Shown here: positions 9,828-19,770 of the stretch, piece after piece
Layout: each line of letters begins with the position of its first letter
Position numbering within the stretch: the stretch's first letter is position 1
Assembly (NCBI GenBank): GCA_963725145.1
Contig: CAVRXL010000001.1
Location: 156,176 to 220,175 of the forward strand
DNA length: 64,000 bases
Origin: an uncultured Acidobacteriota bacterium
GTDB lineage: Bacteria; Acidobacteriota; Vicinamibacteria; Vicinamibacterales; 2-12-FULL-66-21
Direction: 5' to 3'
The notes under the pieces: model-generated
The model's database searches: none
Told to the model about the DNA's origin: nothing
What the model saw: only the letters and a program-made list of their open reading frames with translations
Translations under genes and position numbers: made by a program

Positions 9828-10187
9828 TCAGGCGTCGACGAGGACCTTGAAACCGCCGAACGCCATCCGCTTGACGTCGAACGGCATCTTCTTCGGATCC
9901 ATCATCTTCGCCATGCGCGGGTCCTTCATCACCTTCTTGTTGACCCGATCCCGGTGCGCGCGCGACTTGTAGACGATCCAAGAGAACACCACGGTCTCGC
10001 CAGGCTTGGCCCTGGCCAGTTTCGGGAACCTCGTCGCCCACTTCACCTTGAGGTCGTCGCCGGCGGCCTCTATGTATTCGAGAGCGCCGTGGTCGCGCCA
10101 GACCTTGCCCGCTTTCCGCGCGATGCCGCGGTAGATCGGCAGGCTTCTTTTCGGTACGGGTAACACGAAGCCGTCAACGTATCGCAT
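9828..10187 (-). CDS. DUF1428 family protein
   Basis: MRYVDGFVLPVPK...FGGFKVLVDA matches the DUF1428 (YbaA-like) pattern over its full length. Confidence 0.8.
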   Translation of the reverse strand: MRYVDGFVLPVPKRSLPIYRGIARKAGKVWRDHGALEYIEAAGDDLKVKWATRFPKLARAKPGETVVFSWIVYKSRAHRDRVNKKVMKDPRMAKMMDPKKMPFDVKRMAFGGFKVLVDA

Positions 10188-10389
10188 GGTCCCTCCTGGA
10201 TGCTGACTACAAGACTCTTATGTAACGCCCGGCTTCGCAAGCTCGTCCGGACTCGACTGACCCGGCCTGCAATTCGTCCCAACAAATTCGCGTTCAGCCG
10301 CAGTTTTCTCTTGACGCGTGCTTGCGCTGACGCCATCATCGCGCCCGCAATTCCGCTCTCCGACTCGCGATAGTAGAAGCAGGTGCACC

Positions 10390-12876
10390 TTGAGCAAAGC
10401 CCGGCTCCGGTTCTCCCGTCCGCACCACCGCCTCGATCTGCTGATCATGATTCTGGCGATCGCCTTTGCGGTGGTTCCACTCCCTGTTATCGACGTCTCC
10501 GCTTCGAGCGGCGACAATCGCCCCCCCGGCTTCGGCCGGTGGGAACCGCAGGGACCTTCGCCGGCGACGTTCGGCCAGGTCGAGAACGTCCGTAACGCTC
10601 CGAGCGACCCCGACCCGACCGACGAGGTCACCGGCGCCGTGCACACGGTGCTGGCGCACCCGACGGCGGCTGGCACGCTGTACATCGGCACGGTGAACGG
10701 CGGCGTGTGGAAGGCCACGAACGCGAAGTCGACGAACGTCGTGTGGAAGCGCCTCACCGATGACCAGGCATCGCAGTCGATCGGCGCCCTCGATATGGAC
10801 CCGTTGGACAGGTCCCACCGCACGCTCGTCGCCGGCCTCGGCCGCTTCAGCAGCTTCTCGCGGATCCAGGGCGGGGCGCTGCTCGGGCTGCTCTACACAG
10901 ATGACGACGGACGATCATGGACGCCGCTCAACGGCGGCGGTGTGCTGATCGACAAGAACATTTCCGGAGTAGCGGCTCGCCGAAAGACGCTGGTGATCTC
11001 GGTGAACACGGCAACGCCGAACGACAACGCGAATCGCGGCGTCTTTCGCAGCACGGATCGCGGCGAGACGTTCCTCCGCGTGTCCAGCGACGACATGGCG
11101 TTCGGGCTCCCCGCGGGCGTGGCGTTCGACCTCGTCGGAGATCCGCATCGGCCCGATCGGCTCTTCGTGCCGATCACGTCCGCGACCGGCGGGCCGAACG
11201 GCATCTATCGCAGCGACGACACCGGCGCCACGTGGACGAAAGTGAGCGACGCCGCCATCGACGCGCAGCTGGCGACAATCGTCATCCCACCAACCCCTCC
11301 CAACACCCAACCCCAAATTTTCCTTCCGACCAACGTCGAGCTCGCCGTTGGCCGTCACAACAACGTCTACGTCGCGATCGCGCGGACTCCAGGACGGCTC
11401 TCGAGCGTGTTTCGATCCGGCGACGGCGGGGCGACCTGGACGGCGATGTCCATCCCCCTGACTCCTGGAGTCGCGCCGGGAAACGTGCAGCAGGGCATCC
11501 ACCCGGGCGCTCAGTCGTTCATCCACATGTCGATCGCGGCCGACAAAGTGAAGCCGAACATCGTGTATCTCGCGGGCGATCGGCAGCCCGACCGCTTCGA
11601 GGAAGGTGGCACGATGGGGCAGTTCCCGAACACCGTCGGCGCAAGAAACTACGCCGGCCGCATCTTCCGTGGCGACGCCTCCCAGCCGCTCGCGAGCCAG
11701 TGGGCGCACATGACGAACGTCCCCACTTCGTTTATGCCGACTGGGGGCACGGCCTCGAACAGCTCTCCGCATGCCGATTCCCGCGAGATGGCCATCGACG
11801 CCGGCAACGAGCTGATCGAAGTCGACGACGGAGGCGTCTACCGCCGCACGCAGCCGCAGTCGAATCTCGGGGACTGGTTCTCGCTGAACGGCAATCTCCA
11901 GGTCGGCGAGCAGCACTCGCTCGCCTACGACTCGCTGTCCAAAGTGTCCCTGACGGGGAACCAGGACACGGGCACGCCAGTCCAGCTCACGGAGGATGGC
12001 CTGACCTGGGAGTCGCTGCTCACGGCGGACGGCGGCGACGTCCTCGCCGACCATTTCTCCACGCCGGGCCAGTCGATCCGGTACTCCAGCTTCCAGTTCC
12101 TGCAGGCCTTTCTCCGTTCGTTCTGGAACTCGTCCAACGAATTCCTGGGCTTCACGATCATGATGAGGACCCCGCTTGGCGGGTCGCCGACGCTCGTACC
12201 TCAGTTCTACACGCCGATTGCGCTCAACCGCGTCCAGGGCAACCGGATCCTGATCGGCGCCGCCAACGGGCTGTACGAGTCGACCACCCGAGGGGACACC
12301 GTGACGCGCGTCGACCCCTCCCCTGCAGGGGTGGCGAACGGCAGCGGCCTCGACTCGCTCGCCTACGGCGCCGCGAACAATCCCGACGCGATCTACATGG
12401 GCGCGGGGACCAACGTCAGGGTCCGATTGGGACCTCCGCCGGCGGCGTTCGCCAGCACCAACCTCAACTCGACGGTCGTCAGCGTCGTCATGCACCCGCA
12501 GGACGCGAACATCGCGTTCGCGGCGACGAACGTGGCTGTTTTCATGACGACGAATGGCGGCGGCCTCTGGACGGACATCACCAACAACCTGCCGACGCTG
12601 AACCCGTTGACCCTCCGCTCGCTCGAGTTCGTGACGTCGGAGGCGGGGAACGCGCTCGTCGTCGGGTCGCTCAACGGCGCGTATTCGGCCACGCAGGCGG
12701 CCGGTTTCGCGAACTGGGCAAAGCTTGGCAAGGACCTGCCGACGGTCCCCGTGTACGAGCTGCAGTACAGTGGCGTCGACGACGTGCTGTTGGCGGGCAC
12801 GCTGGGCCGTGGCGCGTTCAAGCTGAAGAATGCCTCGGCCGTTCTGACGGCGGAAGGGGGGCACCACCATGACTAA
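10390..12876 (+). CDS. Exported BNR/Asp-box repeat (sialidase/sortilin-like beta-propeller) protein
   Basis: Asp-box motifs TDDDGRSWT, STDRGETF, SDDTGATWT and SGDGGATWT. Start uncertain: TTG 10390 (AGGTG upstream) or ATG 10447; the ORF is open from 10318. Confidence 0.8.
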   Translation: MSKARLRFSRPHHRLDLLIMILAIAFAVVPLPVIDVSASSGDNRPPGFGRWEPQGPSPATFGQVENVRNAPSDPDPTDEVTGAVHTVLAHPTAAGTLYIGTVNGGVWKATNAKSTNVVWKRLTDDQASQSIGALDMDPLDRSHRTLVAGLGRFSSFSRIQGGALLGLLYTDDDGRSWTPLNGGGVLIDKNISGVAARRKTLVISVNTATPNDNANRGVFRSTDRGETFLRVSSDDMAFGLPAGVAFDLVGDPHRPDRLFVPITSATGGPNGIYRSDDTGATWTKVSDAAIDAQLATIVIPPTPPNTQPQIFLPTNVELAVGRHNNVYVAIARTPGRLSSVFRSGDGGATWTAMSIPLTPGVAPGNVQQGIHPGAQSFIHMSIAADKVKPNIVYLAGDRQPDRFEEGGTMGQFPNTVGARNYAGRIFRGDASQPLASQWAHMTNVPTSFMPTGGTASNSSPHADSREMAIDAGNELIEVDDGGVYRRTQPQSNLGDWFSLNGNLQVGEQHSLAYDSLSKVSLTGNQDTGTPVQLTEDGLTWESLLTADGGDVLADHFSTPGQSIRYSSFQFLQAFLRSFWNSSNEFLGFTIMMRTPLGGSPTLVPQFYTPIALNRVQGNRILIGAANGLYESTTRGDTVTRVDPSPAGVANGSGLDSLAYGAANNPDAIYMGAGTNVRVRLGPPPAAFASTNLNSTVVSVVMHPQDANIAFAATNVAVFMTTNGGGLWTDITNNLPTLNPLTLRSLEFVTSEAGNALVVGSLNGAYSATQAAGFANWAKLGKDLPTVPVYELQYSGVDDVLLAGTLGRGAFKLKNASAVLTAEGGHHHD

Positions 12877-13792
12877 GCACACAACCGTTAGGCGGCTCTG
12901 GCTTCCGGCATTCGCCTGTTTACTCGTAACGCCTGCCATCGCTGCCGCGCAGGTGCCGTCCGGCCCGAGTCTTCACGACGGCGTCGTCGTCAATCCGTCA
13001 GGGGGCGCGGCGTATGTGATGAGCCCGTCTGGCGGGATCGAGGCGATCGATCTCGCCAGCGGCGCCAGGAAATGGAAAAGCGACGCGGCGGCGAAACCGC
13101 TCGCCGTGTCGGGCGGGACGCTCGTCGCTCAGGCCACGCCGGGCGAGGGAGAACAGCTCGTGCTGGTCTGCCTCGAGACGGGAGGCGGCGCCGCCCGTAC
13201 GCGGTCGCGCGTGAGCCTGCCGGGCGAGCTGAAGGCCCAGGTCACCGACACGGCGAACCAGCGGACGACCGTGCGCGCGCTTCTGAGCGGATCGGACGTG
13301 GTGGTCGCGTGGACCATCGACGCGCGTCTGGCGCGCGGCATTGCTGACGGTGACGACGGGCCGGAGGCCGTTGGCGCCGCCCGGTTGAATCCGGCCACCG
13401 GCGAGGTGGTCGCGGCGGAGGGAGCGGAGGCGTCATCGGCGACGCTCTCGAGCCTGACGCTCGATCAGATGTCGGAGCTCCGGTCGATCGACGGTCAGCA
13501 CCTGATGCGCAGCGCGCCGTTATCCGACCCGGCCAACGTCCGAACCCCGTACCGTTGGACGATCACGACGGCCGCGGGGGAGACTGTCGGCGTCGTGGAC
13601 GCGCCGATCGGACTCGCGCCGTTCATCGTGCAGGGGTCGCTGCTCATCCACGTCGCGCCGACATCAGGCTACCGCGATGGCAACCAGTTCGTCCGCTTGC
13701 CGCTCCGCCTGCGTGCGATCGATGCTCGCTCCGGCGCGGAAGTCTGGACGGTGGCCGTGCTGGATGCGACGTTCGTCCTGCCTCCGCCGTAA
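12869..13792 (+). CDS. Secreted PQQ-like (BamB-like) beta-propeller repeat protein
   Basis: Signal peptide. AIDLASGARKWK and AIDARSGAEVWT repeats. Its ATG overlaps the upstream stop by 8 nt and is preceded by GGAAGGGGGG. Confidence 0.65.
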   Translation: MTKHTTVRRLWLPAFACLLVTPAIAAAQVPSGPSLHDGVVVNPSGGAAYVMSPSGGIEAIDLASGARKWKSDAAAKPLAVSGGTLVAQATPGEGEQLVLVCLETGGGAARTRSRVSLPGELKAQVTDTANQRTTVRALLSGSDVVVAWTIDARLARGIADGDDGPEAVGAARLNPATGEVVAAEGAEASSATLSSLTLDQMSELRSIDGQHLMRSAPLSDPANVRTPYRWTITTAAGETVGVVDAPIGLAPFIVQGSLLIHVAPTSGYRDGNQFVRLPLRLRAIDARSGAEVWTVAVLDATFVLPPP

Positions 13793-13798
13793 CCGGTC

Positions 13799-13826
13799 GT
13801 AGGGGCGGCAGGCGAGCCGCCCCTAC
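13799..13826. terminator. Bidirectional terminator-like / REP-like hairpin GTAGGGGCGGC-AGGCGA-GCCGCCCCTAC
   Basis: 11-bp perfect stem and 6-nt loop between convergent stops (13792 and 13829). Starts with GTAG on both strands. No U-tract. Confidence 0.6.
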
Positions 13827-13828
13827 AT

Positions 13829-16276
13829 CTATTCCGATCGCAGCGCCTGGATGACGTCGATGCGCGACGCGCGCGCGGCGGGCATCAGCGACGCGAGAAT
13901 CGCCGCCGCGACGAGAATCGTCGCGGCGCCGATCGTGGGCAGCAGCCCCGGAATGCGGACGTCCTGGATGTAGGCGCGGACGATCCACGCGAGCGCCAGC
14001 CCCCCGATGACCCCTGCGGCGATCCCGACCGCCGCGATCGTCGCTCCCTCTCCAAGAATCCGCGTCAGGAGCTGGCGGGGCGCCGATCCGATCGCCATGC
14101 GGATCCCGAACTCGCGTGTTCGTGCGCTGACCGAGAACGCCAGCACCCCGGCGACCCCGACGACGGCGATCGTCAGGGCCACGGCGGCGAACCCGCCGAA
14201 GACGAGCGTGTTCAGCCGTTCCGGCGAGAGCACTTCGGCTCGCACGTCCTCGAGCGTCGCAGCCCGCTCGACGGGCTGATCGGGCGACAGCTCGCGAATG
14301 GTCCTCGTGATCGGCGCCACCAGCGCGTACGGATCCGTCCGCGCCTGGACGAAGAGCCGGCCGCCCCCGATCTCCTGCTCGAACGGGTGGTAGATGCTCA
14401 TGGCGGGTCCGGGCACGACGTTCTCGTCGTCTACATCGGCGACGACGCCGATGATTCGGCGGAAGTCACCGCTCACGCCGATGAACTTGATGACGGGGTC
14501 CGTCCACTTGAAACCGCGATTGAGGGCGTCGCCCGTCGGGAACATCCGTCGCGCGACGCTCGCGCTGATGATGACGACCCGTTCCGCCTCGCGCCGGTCG
14601 GCCTCGGTGAAGTCCCGGCCGGCGATGATCGGTACGCCGAGCGACGCGAAGAACCCGGGCGAGACGGTGCGGAAGCGCGCGCGAGGATCCTCCTCGCCGT
14701 TGGCCTTGACGTACCCTTGAACGGTGAACTGCGCGCCGAAGAACCCGCCGGCGTCGCGCCACGGCACAACCGTCCCGACGGCGACGCGCTCGACGCCTGG
14801 CACCTCTCCGATGCGCCGCAGCGCTTCCTTGTAAAAGCCGACGATTTCCTTGGGGTCGCGCGAGTAGGACACGATCGGCACGTTGATCGCGAGCACGTTG
14901 CTCAGGTTGAAGCCGGTCTGGGTGGCCTGCAGGGTCAGGAGCTTCGTCAGCAGCATGCCGGCGCCCGCGAGCAGCACGAATGACGCCGCAATCTGCGTCA
15001 CGGCGAACACGCGCAGGCGGCGGTTGGTGCCCGACGTGATCCGCACGCCGCCGGTCGACAGGCCGAGCCCCGTGGAGGCTTCCGCCGAGGGCAGCCGCGG
15101 CACGAACGCGAGCAGCACCGCCGCGGCGATCGCCAGGCCCGCGCCGACCCACAACAGGCTCGCATCGACCGTGAGGTCCAGCGCGCGCACCGAGAAGCGC
15201 GCGGCATATCTGGCGAGGATGGCCACCATCGGCCGCGCGATGAGAACCCCAAGGATCGCCCCCGCGCCGCAGAGCAGCAGGCTTTCGGCGAGCAAAGTCC
15301 GGCGCAGCGCCCCGGTGCCCGCGCCCAACGCGGCGCGGATGGCCAGCTCCCCTTCCCGCCGGACCGAGCGCGCCAGAATCAGGTTCGCGACGTTCGAGCA
15401 GGCGATGATGAACACGAGCCCCGACGCCGCGAGGAGCACGAGCAGGACGGTTCTCGCCGGCGAGATGATCTGGTCGCGCAGCCGCACGGCGTCGAGCCGC
15501 ATGTCGGCTTCCTTCGGGTAGGCCTCCGGGTGCTCCGTGAGAATGGCGCCGTGAACCGCCCGAAGCTCCGCGCGAGCCGATTCGAGGTCGACGCCGGGAG
15601 CCAGTCGGCCGAAGAGCTCGGTCATTCGATGGACGCGGCCATCGACCATCGTCGCGTCCAGATGATGAGGGCTCGTGACGACATTCGCGATGATCTCGGT
15701 TTCAGACGGATATGGAACCGACGGTTCAAGGACACCGACGATCGTCGCCGCGCGGTCGCCCAGCCGTATCGTCTTGCCGATCACCGACTCGTCGCTTTGC
15801 AGCCCGCTCGTCCAGAACCGATACGTGAGCACCGCGGCGCCCGCCGCCCTTGGCCCGTCGTCCCCCGGGCCGAGCAGCCGGCCCCGTATCGGACGAAGCC
15901 CCATGACCTCGAAGTACGAGCCCCCGACGACGCCGGAGCGGACGACCCGCGGCTCGCCCAGTCCGACCATGGTGAACTCGATGGTCGAGAAGTCTCCGAA
16001 CGCGCTGAGCGTTTTGATCCGGCCCTGGAAATCCCGAATCTCAGGCACTGAGAAGGCGGCGTTTTCCACGCCGATGCCCGGAGCGCTCTGGCGGATATAG
16101 ATCAGGCGCGCTTCATCACGGTTGACGAGCGGCCTCAGAAGGACGCCCCGGACGACGCTGAAGATGGCAGCATTCGCCCCAATCCCGAGGGCCAGGGTGA
16201 GGACCACCGTCAGTGTCAGTCCTTTGACCCGGGCCAGCGACCGCAGCGCGTATCGGAAATCCGTGATGAGGGTCAC
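13829..16276 (-). CDS. ADOP-family permease (duplicated MacB/FtsX-like ABC permease, no cognate ATPase adjacent)
   Basis: 815 aa. N-terminus MTLITDFRYALRSLARVKGLT, two FtsX/MacB modules, C-terminus IDVIQALRSE. GTG start. Confidence 0.9.
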   Translation of the reverse strand: MTLITDFRYALRSLARVKGLTLTVVLTLALGIGANAAIFSVVRGVLLRPLVNRDEARLIYIRQSAPGIGVENAAFSVPEIRDFQGRIKTLSAFGDFSTIEFTMVGLGEPRVVRSGVVGGSYFEVMGLRPIRGRLLGPGDDGPRAAGAAVLTYRFWTSGLQSDESVIGKTIRLGDRAATIVGVLEPSVPYPSETEIIANVVTSPHHLDATMVDGRVHRMTELFGRLAPGVDLESARAELRAVHGAILTEHPEAYPKEADMRLDAVRLRDQIISPARTVLLVLLAASGLVFIIACSNVANLILARSVRREGELAIRAALGAGTGALRRTLLAESLLLCGAGAILGVLIARPMVAILARYAARFSVRALDLTVDASLLWVGAGLAIAAAVLLAFVPRLPSAEASTGLGLSTGGVRITSGTNRRLRVFAVTQIAASFVLLAGAGMLLTKLLTLQATQTGFNLSNVLAINVPIVSYSRDPKEIVGFYKEALRRIGEVPGVERVAVGTVVPWRDAGGFFGAQFTVQGYVKANGEEDPRARFRTVSPGFFASLGVPIIAGRDFTEADRREAERVVIISASVARRMFPTGDALNRGFKWTDPVIKFIGVSGDFRRIIGVVADVDDENVVPGPAMSIYHPFEQEIGGGRLFVQARTDPYALVAPITRTIRELSPDQPVERAATLEDVRAEVLSPERLNTLVFGGFAAVALTIAVVGVAGVLAFSVSARTREFGIRMAIGSAPRQLLTRILGEGATIAAVGIAAGVIGGLALAWIVRAYIQDVRIPGLLPTIGAATILVAAAILASLMPAARASRIDVIQALRSE

Positions 16277-16288
16277 ACAACCGTCCCT

Positions 16289-16320
16289 TCTGAATTCTAG
16301 ATTCTGAATTCTAGATTCTA
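16289..16320. repeat. AT-rich 14-nt tandem repeat (TCTGAATTCTAGAT x2.3) in the 5' region of the ADOP permease gene
   Basis: Read directly. Lies 13 nt upstream of the GTG start at 16276 (minus strand). On the minus strand each unit contains TAGAAT (-10-like). Stands out in G+C-rich sequence. Confidence 0.7.
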
Positions 16321-16370
16321 CTTACTAAGTCGAATGAGGACGGCCCGGATCGACATGTGGTACGGCCACG

Positions 16371-17477
16371 TTAGCGAACGGTAAAGCGCTCCTGGTGCAG
16401 GAGGACGCCGTCGGTCGTCCTGAGCTCGACCCTCCAGTCGGACGGGTCGAGATCGTTGACGGTGTTCCGACTGTAGGTCCGGTAGCCGCCGGTCGGGTTG
16501 GCGCGAATGCGGAGCTCCACGACCTGGCGCAGGCGATCGCCCCGGTACCAGCGATGCTGGACCGTTGTGTCAGCCGGAGATTTGAGGCGCGTGTAGAAAT
16601 ACAGCGCGCCCGGGCCCGCCGGTTGGCTTGGAGGAACGCACTGCCAGTCGCCGCCCGAGCCGATTTCGCCGATTGAAAGACCCTTGCAAAGGCGGGCGGT
16701 CACTACGACCGGAGCCAACCGTGTCGACGCTCCGGCGCTCGGCTTCGCCGGGGCCGCGGGAGACTCCGAAGACGCCGCCGGTCGAGCGGGCGGGGTTGGC
16801 TTGGCCTCTCTCGGCACGCCGGCAGGGGCGGGCTTGCCGGGCGGTGACGCTGGAGGCGTCTCCGCCAGGGTCGGCGCCGACGTACTCGGGAGAGTCGGAG
16901 GGGATTCCGCCGGGTCGTTCGAGCGGAACAGCGGAGTCGCGACAAATGTCACGATCAGGCCGCCCGCGATCAGGATGCCGATCCACACCTGGCGCGGCCA
17001 CCCCGCGCCCGCGGTCGGTCGAACCTGCTCGACCGACGGCCGTTCACGAGGGATCGGGATGGCGCTCTTCGTCGTCGTTTTCGTCGTCGGCTCCGTCGTC
17101 ACAGGCCGGGCACGGGTGACGGGTGCCTTGACGGGCGGGGCGACCGGCGGGTCGACCGGCGTCCCCCGAGCCTTGCAGAAATCCTCGAGGTTCTTTCGAC
17201 TCGTGGCGACGAAAGGATGATCCGGCTCAAGGGCCGCCTTTGCGATCTCCCAGGCGCGCCGGAAGAAGCGCTCGGCGTCGGCCGGCTTTTTCGTGATCTC
17301 GCAGACGACGGCGAGGTTGTTCAGGGTGTTGGCGAGGTCCGGATGGAGCGGTCCGAGGCTGGCCTCCTGCAGGGCGGCAGCCTCGCGTAGATGCTGCTCA
17401 GCGGACGCGTAGTCGCCGGCCGCTGCGGCCTGCTCGGCCGCATTGACAACGGTTTGAACATCGCGCGGTTCCGGCAT
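16371..17477 (-). CDS. TPR / transmembrane / Pro-rich / DUF2914-domain protein
   Basis: N-terminal TPR-like helices, one TM helix (VWIGILIAGGLIVTFVATPLF), a Pro-rich linker and a C-terminal DUF2914-like domain (ALYFYTRLKSPADTTVQHRWYRGD...). Confidence 0.75.
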   Translation of the reverse strand: MPEPRDVQTVVNAAEQAAAAGDYASAEQHLREAAALQEASLGPLHPDLANTLNNLAVVCEITKKPADAERFFRRAWEIAKAALEPDHPFVATSRKNLEDFCKARGTPVDPPVAPPVKAPVTRARPVTTEPTTKTTTKSAIPIPRERPSVEQVRPTAGAGWPRQVWIGILIAGGLIVTFVATPLFRSNDPAESPPTLPSTSAPTLAETPPASPPGKPAPAGVPREAKPTPPARPAASSESPAAPAKPSAGASTRLAPVVVTARLCKGLSIGEIGSGGDWQCVPPSQPAGPGALYFYTRLKSPADTTVQHRWYRGDRLRQVVELRIRANPTGGYRTYSRNTVNDLDPSDWRVELRTTDGVLLHQERFTVR

Positions 17478-17526
17478 GGAGTCTCCGGCGGGGGGAACGG
17501 CCCATTGTAGAACAGTGGGAACGGCG

Positions 17527-17544
17527 CCCGACCTGAAGGTCGGG
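17527..17544 (-). terminator. REP-like/terminator-like hairpin CCCGACCT-GA-AGGTCGGG directly after the TAG stop of the cupin gene
   Basis: 8-bp perfect stem. The minus strand reads GTAG-C-CCCGACCTTCAGGTCGGG. Confidence 0.55.
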
Positions 17545-17545
17545 G

Positions 17546-17905
17546 CTACTTCAGCTCGACCTCGATCACGCGAACGGGTGACGTCCCCGTGTTGACAGGC
17601 GCGTGCGTGACGTTCGCGTCGCGGAATCCCACAGATCCAACCTCGAGCTGTGCGGTTTCCGACTTGCCGTCCGGGTACTTGAAGACGAGCGTCCCGCCCT
17701 GGATGACGATCCCGACATGCGCCAGCTCGTGGGTATGCATGGCCGTCGGCCCCGGCGGAAATGTCACATCCCGAACCCGCACGCGCGCGTTCTCCAGCAC
17801 GATCTTCGCCGGGCTCTGCGGCTGACCGCTTCCGGCGGTCACGAGCGTCGCGCCGATCAGCAAACCCGAAGTGAAGATCGCAATTTGTCTTGTCATGGTG
17901 CGCAT
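17546..17905 (-). CDS. Exported cupin-domain protein
   Basis: Signal peptide MRTMTRQIAIFTSGLLIGATLV. Cupin motif HTHELAHVGIVIQGG. Start at 17905 inside the longer ORF. Confidence 0.75.
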   Translation of the reverse strand: MRTMTRQIAIFTSGLLIGATLVTAGSGQPQSPAKIVLENARVRVRDVTFPPGPTAMHTHELAHVGIVIQGGTLVFKYPDGKSETAQLEVGSVGFRDANVTHAPVNTGTSPVRVIEVELK

Positions 17906-18000
17906 TCTATCTTCTGCGTTCATCTGCGGCTGATGTCGATTCCGGGGTCCGTTGTTCGACGTGGAAGTAGAGTGAAACAAGCACTCGAAGGAGACGAGCG

Positions 18001-18387
18001 ATGCGATTCCTGTGTTTGTACAAGTCCAGCAAGCCTGAGGGCACGCCGACAACCCCGCAGGAAATGGCCGCGATGGGCCAACTGATCGAAGAGATGACAA
18101 AGGCGGGTGTGCTGCTCGCAACCGAAGGCTGCCTGCCAAGCGCGAAGGGCGCGCGGGTGCGGCTCTCCGGCGGAAAGATCACCGTCACCGACGGGCCGTT
18201 CACCGAAGCAAAGGAGATCGTCGGCGGCTTCGCGCTCATCCAGGCAGCGTCGAAGGCAGAGGCGATCGAATGGACCAAGCGGTTCCTGGCGGTGGCCGGG
18301 GACGGCGAGAGTGAGATTCGGCAAGTGTGGGAGGCGTCGGACTTCGAACACGAGGCCGGGGCGGCCGCGGAGCTGGCCAGGTCGTAA
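18001..18387 (+). CDS. YciI-family (DGPF domain) protein
   Basis: MRFLCLYK...VTDGPFTEAKEIVGGFALI signature. AAGGAG lies 7 nt upstream of the ATG. Confidence 0.85.
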   Translation: MRFLCLYKSSKPEGTPTTPQEMAAMGQLIEEMTKAGVLLATEGCLPSAKGARVRLSGGKITVTDGPFTEAKEIVGGFALIQAASKAEAIEWTKRFLAVAGDGESEIRQVWEASDFEHEAGAAAELARS

Positions 18388-18483
18388 CGGCGTTGCGACA
18401 GGGCTTGGGGCCTGGGGCTTCGGGCTTTCTAGCTGAGACCTGCGCTTGCGCCCAGTCGATTGAAGATGGTCTGATCCGTAGCA

Positions 18484-19737
18484 GTGACGGCTACGGATAC
18501 CCATCGCGCGATCGACGCGGTCTGGCGGATCGAGTCGCCCCGGCTCATCGCCGGCCTCGCGCGGATCGTGCGGGACGTCGGCCTGGCCGAGGACCTCGCG
18601 CAGGATGCGCTCGTCGCCGCGCTCGAGCAGTGGCCCGCGTCGGGCGTCCCGCGCAATCCGGGCGCCTGGCTCATGGCGGCCGCGAAGCACCGCGCGATCG
18701 ACCACTTCCGCCGCAACAAGCTGCTCGAGCGCAAGCATGAAGAGCTCGGTCACGAGCTGGAGGCCGATCGGGAGGACACCGCGGACGATCTCGTGGCGGC
18801 TCTGGACGATGACATCGGAGACGATCTGCTGCGGCTCGTGTTCACCGCGTGTCATCCGGTGCTCTCGACGGAAGCGCGGGTAGCGCTCACGCTCCGGCTG
18901 CTCGGCGGCCTCACGACAGAGGAAATCGCTCGCGCGTTCCTCGTCTCCGAATCGACCATCGCCCAACGCATCGTCCGGGCCAAGCGGACGCTGGCCAGGG
19001 AACAGGTGCCGTTCGAAATACCTCGAGGCGCCGAGCTGGCGGGCCGCCTGTCCTCGGTCCTCGAAGTCATCTATCTCGTCTTCAACGAGGGGTACGCGGC
19101 GACCGCGGGAGACGACTGGGTGCGGCCGGCGCTCTGTGAGGACGCGCTGCGTCTTGGACGCATCCTGGCCGAGCTCGCCCCGCGGGAGGCCGAAGTGCAT
19201 GGCCTCGCGGCGCTGCTGGAGATCCAGGCCTCGCGGCTGAAGGCGCGGGTCAGCCCGTCGGGCGAGCCCATCCTCCTCTTCGATCAAAACCGCGCGCAGT
19301 GGGACCAGCTCCTCATCCGCCGCGGCCTCGCCGCGCTCGAACGGGCGGAAAAGCTGGGCGGCGCGCGCGGACCGTACGCGCTCCAGGCCTCGATCGCCGC
19401 CTGCCACGCGCGGGCCCGCGCGCCCGAGGACACTGATTGGGCGGCCATCGTAGGGCTGTACGCCGAGCTCGCGGCCGTCTCGCCGTCACCCGTCGTGGAG
19501 CTGAATCGTGCGGTCGCGGTCGCGATGGCGTCCGGCCCGGCGGCCGGCCTCGAGCTCGTCGACGCGTTGAGGTCGGAGCCGTCGCTTCAGGAGTACCATC
19601 TCCTGCCGAGCGTGCGCGGCGACCTGCTCGCCAAGCTCGGACGCCAGGGTGAGGCGCGCCAGGAATTCGAGCGCGCGGCGTCGCTCACGCGCAACGCACG
19701 CGAGCGAGAGCTCCTCCTCGCGCGCGCGGCCCGCTAG
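18484..19737 (+). CDS. ECF-like sigma-70 family factor with long C-terminal extension (YciI-associated type)
   Basis: Region 2 (DLAQDALVAALEQW, RNPGAWL) and region 4 HTH (EEIARAFLVSESTIAQRIVRAKRTL), followed by a ~220-aa helical extension. GTG start. Confidence 0.85.
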   Translation: MTATDTHRAIDAVWRIESPRLIAGLARIVRDVGLAEDLAQDALVAALEQWPASGVPRNPGAWLMAAAKHRAIDHFRRNKLLERKHEELGHELEADREDTADDLVAALDDDIGDDLLRLVFTACHPVLSTEARVALTLRLLGGLTTEEIARAFLVSESTIAQRIVRAKRTLAREQVPFEIPRGAELAGRLSSVLEVIYLVFNEGYAATAGDDWVRPALCEDALRLGRILAELAPREAEVHGLAALLEIQASRLKARVSPSGEPILLFDQNRAQWDQLLIRRGLAALERAEKLGGARGPYALQASIAACHARARAPEDTDWAAIVGLYAELAAVSPSPVVELNRAVAVAMASGPAAGLELVDALRSEPSLQEYHLLPSVRGDLLAKLGRQGEARQEFERAASLTRNARERELLLARAAR

Positions 19738-19750
19738 CCCGCTCTGTGGT

Positions 19751-19768
19751 ACGACCCTTTAGGGTCGT
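19751..19768. terminator. Hairpin ACGACCCT-TT-AGGGTCGT between convergent genes
   Basis: 8-bp perfect stem between the stops at 19737 (+) and 19771 (-). The same 18-mer occurs in opposite orientation at 61883..61900. Confidence 0.55.
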
Positions 19769-19770
19769 CG

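Noticed and set aside
10915-12939. Very long antisense ORFs: 674 aa here, plus 7805..9307, 17920..19407, 40988..42070, 47281..48696, 52399..54387, 54372..55826, 57252..59132 and 27802..28830.
   Set aside because: Their translations are Arg/Gly/Ala/Pro-rich with no recognisable domains. Each lies opposite a gene with clear family motifs. Long stop-free antisense frames are expected in G+C-rich DNA.
16289-16320. GAATTC/TCTAGA (EcoRI/XbaI) sites in tandem, considered as cloning-vector or polylinker contamination.
   Set aside because: No other vector-like sequence flanks it. The motif is a tandem duplication embedded between two native genes with normal junctions.
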